A DNA stretch of 34,406 nt from Chloroflexi bacterium RBG_13_53_26. Lineage in GTDB: Bacteria > Chloroflexota > Dehalococcoidia > UBA2247 > RBG-13-53-26. The stretch lies in NCBI GenBank assembly GCA_001795035.1, contig MGMW01000112.1:1-34406 (forward strand), given 5' to 3'. A program made the translations under genes and the position numbers. Positions 27,270-34,406 of the stretch are shown here, in pieces. The notes under the pieces are model-generated. The model saw only the letters and a list, made by a program, of their open reading frames with translations, was not told the DNA's origin and searched no databases. Positions within the stretch are counted from its first letter, which is position 1; every line of letters begins with the position of its first letter.

Positions 27270-27298
27270 TTGCCCCTTAATGAGGCCTGTGCTACATT
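27270..27298 (+). promoter_or_regulatory. Putative promoter of selA
   Basis: TTGCCC-N17-TACATT with a TG extended -10. Confidence 0.5.
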
Positions 27299-27322
27299 TG
27301 TATGGCCAAGGAGAGGATCAGG

Positions 27323-28714
27323 ATGTCGAACGGTTTTCGCAGTCTCCCCAGCGTGGACAGGTTGTTGGCAGATGAGCGCCTCCAGCCGCTTGAGGCAATA
27401 TATTCTCGCCAATTCATTACCGATGAAGTGCGCCTGATCCTTGAAGAGAGTCGTTCATCGATTGTCAGAGGTCAACCCGCCCCCTCTTTTGATGAATTGT
27501 TGGCATCGGTTTGCGCCCGTGTTGAGTCGCTGGGCCAAATCACACTAAGGCCGGTGATCAACGCCACTGGCGTTGTTCTGCACACCAATCTGGGCCGTGC
27601 GCCCGTCAGCCAGGAAACCGCAACTGCTATGAAGGCGGTCTCACTGGGCTATGTGAATCTGGAATTCGATCTTGAAAGTGGGGCACGCGGGTCTCGCGAA
27701 GTCCACATATCCTCCCTGCTGTGTCGCCTTACGGGGGCCGAAGCAGCCCTGGTGGTGAATAACAACTCCTCTGCAGTTCTCCTCGCCTTGAGTGCCCTGG
27801 CGAAGAAGAAAGAGGTGATTGTGTCCCGAGGGCAAGCAGTAGAGATCGGCGGTGGTTTCCGCATCCCCGATGTGATGCGCCAGAGTGGGGCCAAGCTGGT
27901 GGAAGTGGGTACCACCAATTGTACCTACCCATCGGACTACGAGCAGGCGATTACCGCCAGAACAGCGGCACTGCTCCGTGTGCACTCAAGCAACTTCAAG
28001 ATAATCGGGTTCGCCCAAGAAGTATCTGTAAATGAAATCGCCGAACTGGGGGCAAGGCACAATCTGCCCGTGCTGGATGATTTGGGGAGCGGTTGTCTCC
28101 TGGATACCACCAGATTTGGATTGGGCCCGGAGCCTATGGTTCAGGACAGCATTGCTGCCGGCGTCGCCTTGGCCTTCTTCTCGGGTGATAAGCTCCTGGG
28201 TGGCCCACAAGCCGGCATCATTGTGGGCAAGAAGCACCTCATTGACAAACTCAGGAAACACCCCCTGGCTCGTGCAGCGCGCGTTGACAAAACGAGAATG
28301 GCCGGGCTGGCTGCTACCCTTCTCCATTATCTCAAGGGAGAGGCAGAGCAGAAGATACCAGTGTGGCAGATGATATCGATGCCTCTGGAGGAGATAGAGA
28401 AGCGGGCCAGGGAGTGGTCAGAGCACTTCAAAGGACTGGCCACCGTGACGGAAGGCGAATCTGTAGTGGGAGGGGGTAGCCTGCCGGGAAGCACTCTGCC
28501 TACCAGGCTTCTGGTCATCAAGGGATCAGCCAGGGCAAAAGAGCGGAATACGGTTCAAGCACTGGCGGCCCGGCTAAGGGCTCACCAGCCACCGGTTGTG
28601 GGACGGATAGAAGGTAATTCACTGCTTCTCGACCCCCGCACTGTGTTCCCTGATGAAGACCGTATAGTCCTTGAGGCACTTCGCCACGGCCTGGATTCCC
28701 TGGGAGTGGGCTGA
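27323..28714 (+). CDS. selA: L-seryl-tRNA(Sec) selenium transferase
   Basis: Motifs VINATGVVLHTNLGRA, EIGGGFRIPDVM, EVGTTN, FSGDKLLGGPQAG. ATG at 27323 has SD AAGGAG. Confidence 0.97.
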   Translation: MSNGFRSLPSVDRLLADERLQPLEAIYSRQFITDEVRLILEESRSSIVRGQPAPSFDELLASVCARVESLGQITLRPVINATGVVLHTNLGRAPVSQETATAMKAVSLGYVNLEFDLESGARGSREVHISSLLCRLTGAEAALVVNNNSSAVLLALSALAKKKEVIVSRGQAVEIGGGFRIPDVMRQSGAKLVEVGTTNCTYPSDYEQAITARTAALLRVHSSNFKIIGFAQEVSVNEIAELGARHNLPVLDDLGSGCLLDTTRFGLGPEPMVQDSIAAGVALAFFSGDKLLGGPQAGIIVGKKHLIDKLRKHPLARAARVDKTRMAGLAATLLHYLKGEAEQKIPVWQMISMPLEEIEKRAREWSEHFKGLATVTEGESVVGGGSLPGSTLPTRLLVIKGSARAKERNTVQALAARLRAHQPPVVGRIEGNSLLLDPRTVFPDEDRIVLEALRHGLDSLGVG

Positions 28715-28809
28715 GGGGTTTGAATGAAGATTGTGGGAAGAGAGGTCTTCTCAAGTTCACTTCGGACCAGGAATCAATAGTGTCTGGACAACAAACAAGC
28801 TGAATCGCC

Positions 28810-29052
28810 CTATGTTACCAGACTCCTGGATTCCTCTGTCTCCCATTCGTTTTGGTGAGGTCGAGGTGCCTTGGGCTGTTTCTCTTTACCTTCATTGACT
28901 GGTTGCAGATGGTTACTGAACTCCCTTTGTTGGCCACACAATCTGCACACGCCCTTGCTGGTTTCCTCCTGTGCAAACTCGATTATCCAATGGTGCCTAC
29001 AGGTTCCTTTTGATTCAGTCTGCAGAGCATTCAATCGCCGTTTCACTGGCAT
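28810..29052 (-). CDS. Small putative zinc-binding protein (CxHHW...CxxC)
   Basis: CRHHWIIE...SKGVCRLCGQQREFSN. ATG at 29052 has SD GGAG. Confidence 0.65.
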   Translation of the reverse strand: MPVKRRLNALQTESKGTCRHHWIIEFAQEETSKGVCRLCGQQREFSNHLQPVNEGKEKQPKAPRPHQNEWETEESRSLVT

Positions 29053-29307
29053 GGCATCAACTCCGTAATGATATTGAAGACTCGATGAGTTCCCTCTCAG
29101 GAACATTCCCGCTACTGCCGATATAGTCTACGCTGGCATGCTCTCAAGCGTATCACCGCAAGGGCTGATATCCTCTCGTAACTATCACAACAGGCTGTCA
29201 TTCCTCTCCACCAGAACGTGACAAAAGTCGCTTACTGTCCGCCATCAGTTAAATACAATTTATGGTGTATTAAGAACACTGTCTCAAAGAAAGCAGAAGG
29301 AGGTACA

Positions 29308-29724
29308 ATGATGACAGCTATGATAGTAAGACGCCCAAGTATCATCGAGGAGCTAGAGAATCTGACGGACGGGCTGTGGACAAACTGGGAACGTTGGGGT
29401 GGTCATTATATGACCCTGGATGTCCACGAGGCAAATGATGAGTTGGTAGTGAAGGCCGAGCTTCCTGGTGTTGAGAAGGACAGCTTCGATGTGACCATCG
29501 ACGGGGAGTTGCTTCGGATAGAGGCTGAGAAGAAGGGCGCGGATGAGACACAAGAGGGTAGCTACTACCTGCGCGAGAGGCATTATGGTAAGTTCTCACG
29601 AGCTCTATCTCTTCCATTCCCTGTTGACTCTGGCAAGGCATCAGCCACTCTGGAGAATGGAGTCTTGGAGATACGGTTGCCCAAGGCTGAAGAGGCCAAG
29701 AGCAAGCGGATTGAAGTGAAATAG
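29308..29724 (+). CDS. Hsp20/alpha-crystallin small heat-shock protein
   Basis: Motifs KAELPGV, ERHYGKFSRALSLP, ATLENGVLEIRLPK; SD AGGAGG. Confidence 0.95.
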   Translation: MMTAMIVRRPSIIEELENLTDGLWTNWERWGGHYMTLDVHEANDELVVKAELPGVEKDSFDVTIDGELLRIEAEKKGADETQEGSYYLRERHYGKFSRALSLPFPVDSGKASATLENGVLEIRLPKAEEAKSKRIEVK

Positions 29725-29748
29725 AGCGGACCTCGAATAACGGTTGTA

Positions 29749-29782
29749 GGGGGAGTTGGGGTTTACCCGGCTCCTTCTTTTT
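29749..29782 (+). terminator. Intrinsic terminator after hsp20
   Basis: GGGGAGTTGGG...CCCGGCTCCT stem followed by TCTTTTT. Confidence 0.75.
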
Positions 29783-29906
29783 GCCCAAGCGGCCCTCGTG
29801 ACCGTCAATTACCTTGGGGGGCAGTCATATTGGAGGTTTGCTGTCCGTTTGGACCTTGTTGCCGTATCTACGGATCCGATGGACTCTGCCGGGCTGCAAG
29901 CTGGGC

Positions 29907-30182
29907 CTAGAAGGTTCGCTTCACACAGATCGTGGATATTTCGCCCAATTCTATGTCCATTAGGTAACCGCGGTGTTCCGTGTCACCAGGTCGCTCTAGG
30001 GTGTTCTGAACGCCTTCAGAAGTCATCACGATGTCTACTTCTTCGTGGGGCTGCAAGTGCATTATCTGCGACAGTAGCTCGCTGATATCAGAGCCCTGCA
30101 ATGGAGTTTCATCTGAAGCTTTCCCTGACAGCGCATCCGCAGGATGGCCCAACACTGATTGCTGATCGATCGCATAACCCAT
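29907..30182 (-). CDS. Hypothetical protein
   Basis: ATG at 30182 preceded by AAGGAG; no recognisable motif. Confidence 0.45.
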   Translation of the reverse strand: MGYAIDQQSVLGHPADALSGKASDETPLQGSDISELLSQIMHLQPHEEVDIVMTSEGVQNTLERPGDTEHRGYLMDIELGEISTICVKRTF

Positions 30183-30280
30183 GCTATCTCCTTTTCCGTC
30201 CGTCATTCATCTGTGATCTGATAATGAACGCTGACTATCAGGGCATAGAGGATTCCTGGTATGCCGTCACTATGTCCGGC

Positions 30281-30487
30281 CTACACTCTCGTGCTGGTAG
30301 CGACAGACGTTTGACCAAGCACTTCGTCAACCTTCGATTCTGCGAGTGCCAACAGCTCTTTCAAATCCCTGTTCTCGTGGTCAAGAGTCCTAATACGTTC
30401 CAGCGCCCTGTCTCTCTCCTGGTGAAGAGCCTTGGCGAGGCCAGCAGCCTCTTCCATCTTCTGCAGTATCGATTGTTGTTGTGCCAT
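30281..30487 (-). CDS. Hypothetical coiled-coil protein (paralog of 1257..1706)
   Basis: MAQQQSILQKMEEA...ESKVDEVLG aligns without gaps to MTQQAPLLERMDKA...ESKVDEILG. Confidence 0.75.
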   Translation of the reverse strand: MAQQQSILQKMEEAAGLAKALHQERDRALERIRTLDHENRDLKELLALAESKVDEVLGQTSVATSTRV

Positions 30488-30726
30488 ATATTCCCTCGTC
30501 GGTCTTGATTGAAGTGTCCGATGCTACCAGGTGTCTCCGAGCCGCTCCTTCAGACGAGCGCAGAACCGCATGACAGTCGTCACTCCTCAACTGGATTCTA
30601 CGCGAACGGCGTCTCAAACAGACCTCAGGGGTATGACAAAAACTCACCAATAGTTCACACTGGACCAGAGGATCCATGACCCTTCACAAGTCAGGTCTTC
30701 GCCTTGACGCTGGCGTATGTCGGCGT

Positions 30727-30918
30727 TCACTTGCTCCTTCTGACTGCAAGAATGGCGATCAGGACTACCAGACCAAGGAGGGCGAGTCCCACCGGCAATA
30801 TCACACGCCACGTCGTTACTCTGACCAACAACGCAAAACTGAAGCCCAATCCCAGCACCAGAATCCACGCCAGAAGTCCCAATAACAGTTCCATGGCTGA
30901 AGTTCTTACGCTGTGCAT
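30727..30918 (-). CDS. Small two-TM membrane protein
   Basis: Two hydrophobic helices ending in RRSK; start uncertain. Confidence 0.45.
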   Translation of the reverse strand: MHSVRTSAMELLLGLLAWILVLGLGFSFALLVRVTTWRVILPVGLALLGLVVLIAILAVRRSK

Positions 30919-30990
30919 ATCGCTTCTCCCGCTTGATGTTCTGTATGTTCTGTCACATTTGTATGTGCAAAAGAAAGGCATCTTCTGCCG

Positions 30991-31440
30991 TCACGATCCC
31001 TCTTCCAGGTACTTGCGGTTTTTTTCCGCCGCAGCTTCCATCTCATCCTCCATCATCTTCTTGATCCACTTCTTCCCAAGCTGGCCCAGAACCTTTCCCG
31101 CCATTCCCCCAAACTTGATGTCCATTGTATAGGTCACCTTGGTCCCTTCAGATACTGACTCAAAGGTTGTCGTTGATTTCGAGCCTTGCCCCGGACCTGA
31201 CACTACTTCGGAGTCGATGCGATGCGGCAGATGGAGCACCGTTTTATGCGTGGTCTTCAATCGTCGACGTCCCGCATCCCGTTCTTCCTCAACCAGTATC
31301 TCATTCTCACGGCTGCTCACGATCTTGAACGATGCGTCATCGCTTGAATGCATACTGAAGTATAGCTCGGGATTGCCGAAATACTCGACCACCTTCTCTA
31401 TTGGGACTCGGATGACCTTTCGTAGCTGAACCTTGGCCAT
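30991..31440 (-). CDS. SRPBCC (START/polyketide cyclase-like) family protein
   Basis: Pattern I.VP.EKV......PE ... GTKVTYTMDIKFGG, with a C-terminal helix; SD GAGGTG. Confidence 0.8.
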   Translation of the reverse strand: MAKVQLRKVIRVPIEKVVEYFGNPELYFSMHSSDDASFKIVSSRENEILVEEERDAGRRRLKTTHKTVLHLPHRIDSEVVSGPGQGSKSTTTFESVSEGTKVTYTMDIKFGGMAGKVLGQLGKKWIKKMMEDEMEAAAEKNRKYLEEGS

Positions 31441-31840
31441 GCTTTCACCTCACGATAGACCGCGCAGTATAAAAACTGTTGAAGGTTGTGAACTCCGACT
31501 GTTGTTTTCGCCGAAGAGGTTGCCCCTTCCATCGACTGCGCGAAGCCGGAGGAAGATTATACCATCGTAAGCCTCATCCTCCAACTCTCACGCCCGGCAT
31601 TCAGAATACGCCACTGCAACTCGGATCGGACCGTCCATGGAGGGAATATGTCTGTAACCCTCCAGGCTAGAGGACACTCTTTCGAAGACAGCATGAATCC
31701 TACAAGTCGCCACCGGGGTCCATTCAATGCTGACAGGTGAGGGTGCTATGAGGAACACAAGAGACTCACAGGTCCACGGCCAATCCGAATCTATGGAAAC
31801 AGGAGCACCACAATGCGAGTACAACAGGTGGGGCATCGAA

Positions 31841-32098
31841 TCAGGATCGGTGTAGGTCTCTCCACAATTGCCAGAGAGCATAAAGGGCAACAAGAACACA
31901 TAGTCCCAGCTCCAACCCTCTGACCCACGCATTAGGTTCGACTGCCTTCACAGCCCCATTTATCCACATCAGGGCAAATACGCCTGACAGGCCTATGAAT
32001 CCACAACACAACAAGAACAAGGGCAACGCCCGACCGTTCAATACGCGTCTGACTCTGCCCATATTCTTATTCGTCTCCACACGCCATTGGTTTGCCAC
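31841..32098 (-). CDS. Hypothetical two-TM membrane protein
   Basis: Two hydrophobic segments around EPN..V.GLE; start may be at a later ATG. Confidence 0.55.
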   Translation of the reverse strand: MANQWRVETNKNMGRVRRVLNGRALPLFLLCCGFIGLSGVFALMWINGAVKAVEPNAWVRGLELGLCVLVALYALWQLWRDLHRS

Positions 32099-32592
32099 TT
32101 TCGACTTCCATACATTGGTACACCCGCAACAGCTTGTTGCATCTGTTTTCTGGGTTCAGATCGCCTATGAGGCTCCCTGCAGGGAATAAGTAAGATCAGA
32201 GACAGAATAACCATGAGCCCTACCTGAATACCTAGTGAGTCCAGGGCATCAACGTCTCTTATATATCTGGGGAATATACCACTCAGATGTATCCATCTTC
32301 CTTGAGAGCCTAATATCCATTCAAAGTCCCAGCATAGCCAAGCCCAGAGGCCTGACAGCAAATACCATCTGCCCTTTGTGACTACTGCCGAGACTGCCAG
32401 TACATGAACTCCTATAAGAATACCCCAGTACCACCATGGGCCATGAAGCCCATGATAAGCTCCGATTTCGTCCAGTACCCAGTGGGAAACAAACCCACCT
32501 GCTAGAGTAAGGCTGACCTTAGCCCAGAGTGGCTTTCTCCTCACCACTTCATATACAGTGGCCCCAGCTAATAAGTGCGCCCCAACCCACAT
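32038..32592 (-). CDS. Membrane protein, possible YdjM-like metal-dependent hydrolase
   Basis: AHLLAGA and SHWVLD motifs, further His/Asp residues, and several TM segments. Confidence 0.55.
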   Translation of the reverse strand: MWVGAHLLAGATVYEVVRRKPLWAKVSLTLAGGFVSHWVLDEIGAYHGLHGPWWYWGILIGVHVLAVSAVVTKGRWYLLSGLWAWLCWDFEWILGSQGRWIHLSGIFPRYIRDVDALDSLGIQVGLMVILSLILLIPCREPHRRSEPRKQMQQAVAGVPMYGSRKWQTNGVWRRIRIWAESDAY

Positions 32593-32732
32593 TCCTGCTC
32601 TACCCCCTGATAGACATGCTCTATGTCGCTATCTTCCCAGCCAAAAGACCGTGTGCGAGATACACCCCCTACCTCCTAGTAGAATTTGGGCAACCTGCAC
32701 CAACCAGTTCGGAGTAAGACCAAATGGCGGCA

Positions 32733-33107
32733 TCAGACTATATCAGTGTCTCCAAAAGCGGTCACCAGCCACGCCGGGGGCCATTCCGCTGTCGAGTTCC
32801 CCCCCAGAGATTCGGCGGGGGCCTGCTGCAGTTTGCTAATGAGCCATCTGAGAAGCCAGCCATGACCCTGCATTTTTATGGAGAAGAGAGGATTCGCGGT
32901 GTCATACCGCCCATGCATGTTCTTGGCGAAAACATCCACCTGGTAAAGATGAAGTCTGTCTCTCACTTCTATGCATACGGCCTCACCCATGAACACTCTC
33001 ACCGTGTCACCGGGGTTGTTGGTGATATCATCCTCGTACTCCTCGACAGCTAGCGCATCCGCAGCTTGGAGAAGGCTGCTAATCTGTTCACATAGTTCCT
33101 TTTGCAT
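32733..33107 (-). CDS. Hypothetical protein, first gene downstream of the riboswitch
   Basis: ATG at 33107 (MQKELCEQ...) with SD-like GGGGGGTG. Confidence 0.55.
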   Translation of the reverse strand: MQKELCEQISSLLQAADALAVEEYEDDITNNPGDTVRVFMGEAVCIEVRDRLHLYQVDVFAKNMHGRYDTANPLFSIKMQGHGWLLRWLISKLQQAPAESLGGNSTAEWPPAWLVTAFGDTDIV

Positions 33108-33172
33108 TTCACACCCCCCTAACCATAATCCGCTTGCCTGAAGCAAGTGAGAGCCTGGAGCCTTTTGTGCCC

Positions 33173-33204
33173 AAAAAGAAAACCGACCCCAGTGGGGTCG
33201 GTTT
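33173..33204 (-). terminator. Intrinsic terminator forming the riboswitch expression platform
   Basis: AAACCGACCCC-ACT-GGGGTCGGTTT stem followed by TCTTTTT on the minus strand. Confidence 0.85.
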
Positions 33205-33264
33205 CACTACTAGCTCCTCACCGCCCAAGTGACCATCTACGGGCAGTGATTCGTCGCTCCCCTG
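33190..33264 (-). ncRNA. c-di-GMP-II riboswitch aptamer
   Basis: CAGGGG AGC GACGAA TCACTGCCCG TAGA TGGTCAC TTGGGCGGTGA GGA GCT AGTAGTG AAACC GA CCCCACTG. It shows P1 GGGG/CCCC, P2 AGC/GCT, a kink-turn GA pair, a long P3, the pseudoknot GGT-CAC/GTG-AA-ACC, and the hallmark GAGYTAGTAGTG(A/C)AACC. Confidence 0.88.
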
Positions 33265-33533
33265 TGTCTATTTACTAGATTTATTCCAGGTATCTTGTTT
33301 CTATCCTATTAGTCGGAGGAAGACGACCAAAACCCTCAATCCCATCTGTGCATACCTTTCCAGCCAAATCAAGGGCAGAAAGAGTAACCAAAATGAGAAC
33401 GTGCACGTTATTCAGGAGCCCTGCCGCCAGCCTGAAGCGCTCATCTGCCCAACTGCACAATGTCAGAATTCTTGTGTGAGATGGCAGAATGCGGACTTGA
33501 CGCAACCCGCAGGAAAACGAGGTGGATCTGGAC

Positions 33534-33572
33534 AAAAGCGGCTATCAGTCGAAAGGCCGGCCCGATAGCCGC
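33534..33572 (-). terminator. Putative terminator downstream of the PaaI gene
   Basis: GCGGCTATC...GATAGCCGC 9-bp stem with a 17-nt loop, followed by TTTT on the minus strand. Confidence 0.5.
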
Positions 33573-33653
33573 GGAAGGCAGTGCTACAATGGCGGTGGGA
33601 GGAGGCAACTGAATCGGGTCTTCGCTTGGCAGTCCTGGCCCGCGCACTCAGTT

Positions 33654-34055
33654 CTATTTGACCCTGAATATGGAGAATGTTCCGGTCGCTTTGGCAACAA
33701 GACGTCCATCATTTGCGATTTCTGATTCCAGGGTGGCAATCCTCTTGCTCCTGTGAAGGATTCTTGTATCACAGGTCAGCCTACCCGATGCCACCGCCTT
33801 GAGGTAGATGATTTGGATTTCTATGGTTGCACACAGCTCATCATCTTCCATACATGAGTAAAGTGCGCCTCCCATGCCGGTGTCGGCCATCGAATAGATG
33901 ACGCCCCCGTGCAGCACCCTGTGAGGGTTGAGTAACCGTTCGTCTACCTCCAAGACACACTGACTGTGTCCATCCTCACACCTGACGAAATCCAGGCCTA
34001 TGAGGTCTCCGAACGGATTGAACCCTCCTGACCCCGGAGGTATCTTCTTGGGCAT
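33654..34055 (-). CDS. PaaI family hotdog-fold thioesterase
   Basis: Motifs NPHRVLHGGVIYSMADTGMG, ATIEIQIIYL, VAKATGTF. Confidence 0.92.
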   Translation of the reverse strand: MPKKIPPGSGGFNPFGDLIGLDFVRCEDGHSQCVLEVDERLLNPHRVLHGGVIYSMADTGMGGALYSCMEDDELCATIEIQIIYLKAVASGRLTCDTRILHRSKRIATLESEIANDGRLVAKATGTFSIFRVK

Positions 34056-34124
34056 AAAGATTTCCTCAAAATTCCTACCCGAAACTATAGCACGGGCTAC
34101 CTCTCACGCCGTACACTCACCCCA

Positions 34125-34406
34125 CTAGAGCTGTAGTTCCTCTCTGAGTATAGCGAAGAATTTCTCTTTCGCGTGCTTCTCATACCAGGGATGATGGCCA
34201 CAGCGCTCCAGTAGTATGAATCGAAAGTTGTCCACGAATCTGGAAAGCGGAGTCTCCACCCCTTCGGCGGGATGGGGGTCGTACTCTCCATGGATTGCTA
34301 CCACTGGACACTTTGTTTCGTTGCCAATCTTCAGAAGCTCCCCATTGCTTCTCATCTCTTCGGCATCTCTCCAAACACTCTGATAGATATCGTACTGGTA
34401 TTCAAT
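34125..34406 (-). CDS. Alpha/beta hydrolase, C-terminal part (5'-truncated by the window edge)
   Basis: Frame open from the window end (IEYQYDIYQSVWRDAEEM...). PVVAIHGEYDPH and CGHHPWYE give the catalytic Asp and His motifs. Confidence 0.85.
   Translation of the reverse strand: MEYQYDIYQSVWRDAEEMRSNGELLKIGNETKCPVVAIHGEYDPHPAEGVETPLSRFVDNFRFILLERCGHHPWYEKHAKEKFFAILREELQL

Noticed and set aside
29110-29307. CIRCE/HAIR heat-shock operator upstream of hsp20
   Set aside because: No TTAGCACTC-N9-GAGTGCTAA or CTTGAGT-N7-ACTCAAG match seen.
29907-30487. Possible amber read-through joining the 68-aa ORF to the next ORF
   Set aside because: The ORFs are in different frames with an intervening TGA, and the downstream ORF has its own SD.
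31588-31932. 114-aa minus-strand ORF
   Set aside because: It overlaps another ORF, has no clear SD, and has a non-protein-like composition.
33480-33650. GC-rich structured region considered as tRNA-Sec (selC)
   Set aside because: No TCA anticodon loop, T-loop or acceptor stem; it is explained by a terminator-like hairpin.
1-34406. CRISPR array or IS element
   Set aside because: No regularly spaced repeats, cas genes or transposase recognised.

Overview
Bacterial chromosomal window, most likely from a Dehalococcoidia (Chloroflexota)-like anaerobe; the taxonomy is inferred from gene families only. From left to right it contains: (1) the end of an integrative element next to tRNA-Glu(TTC), with an HTH-fused tyrosine recombinase, a coiled-coil ORF and an amber-interrupted nucleotidyl-cyclase-fold gene; (2) housekeeping genes argC, nth and a histidine phosphatase; (3) two tiny tandem desulforedoxin-like genes missed by the ORF track; (4) a folP-folK-PTPS operon without folB; (5) a flavin/Fe-S redox cluster (FadH-like OYE, two FAD-linked oxidoreductases, EtfB, CCG-domain Fe-S protein, FixC/FixX); (6) an amidohydrolase and thpR; (7) a selenium cluster (yedE-tusA-like-cysteine desulfurase-yedF-DUF3343-selD[Sec]-selB, with divergent selA; selC not seen); (8) Hsp20 and small hypotheticals; (9) a c-di-GMP-II riboswitch with terminator ahead of unknown membrane genes; (10) a PaaI thioesterase and a partial alpha/beta hydrolase. 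The top hypothesis is a selenocysteine-sensing leader in front of yedE. It has a strong SD and a uORF (MNRRT-UGA) followed by a SECIS-like hairpin. Read-through of the UGA would carry the ribosome out of frame across the yedE ribosome-binding site.
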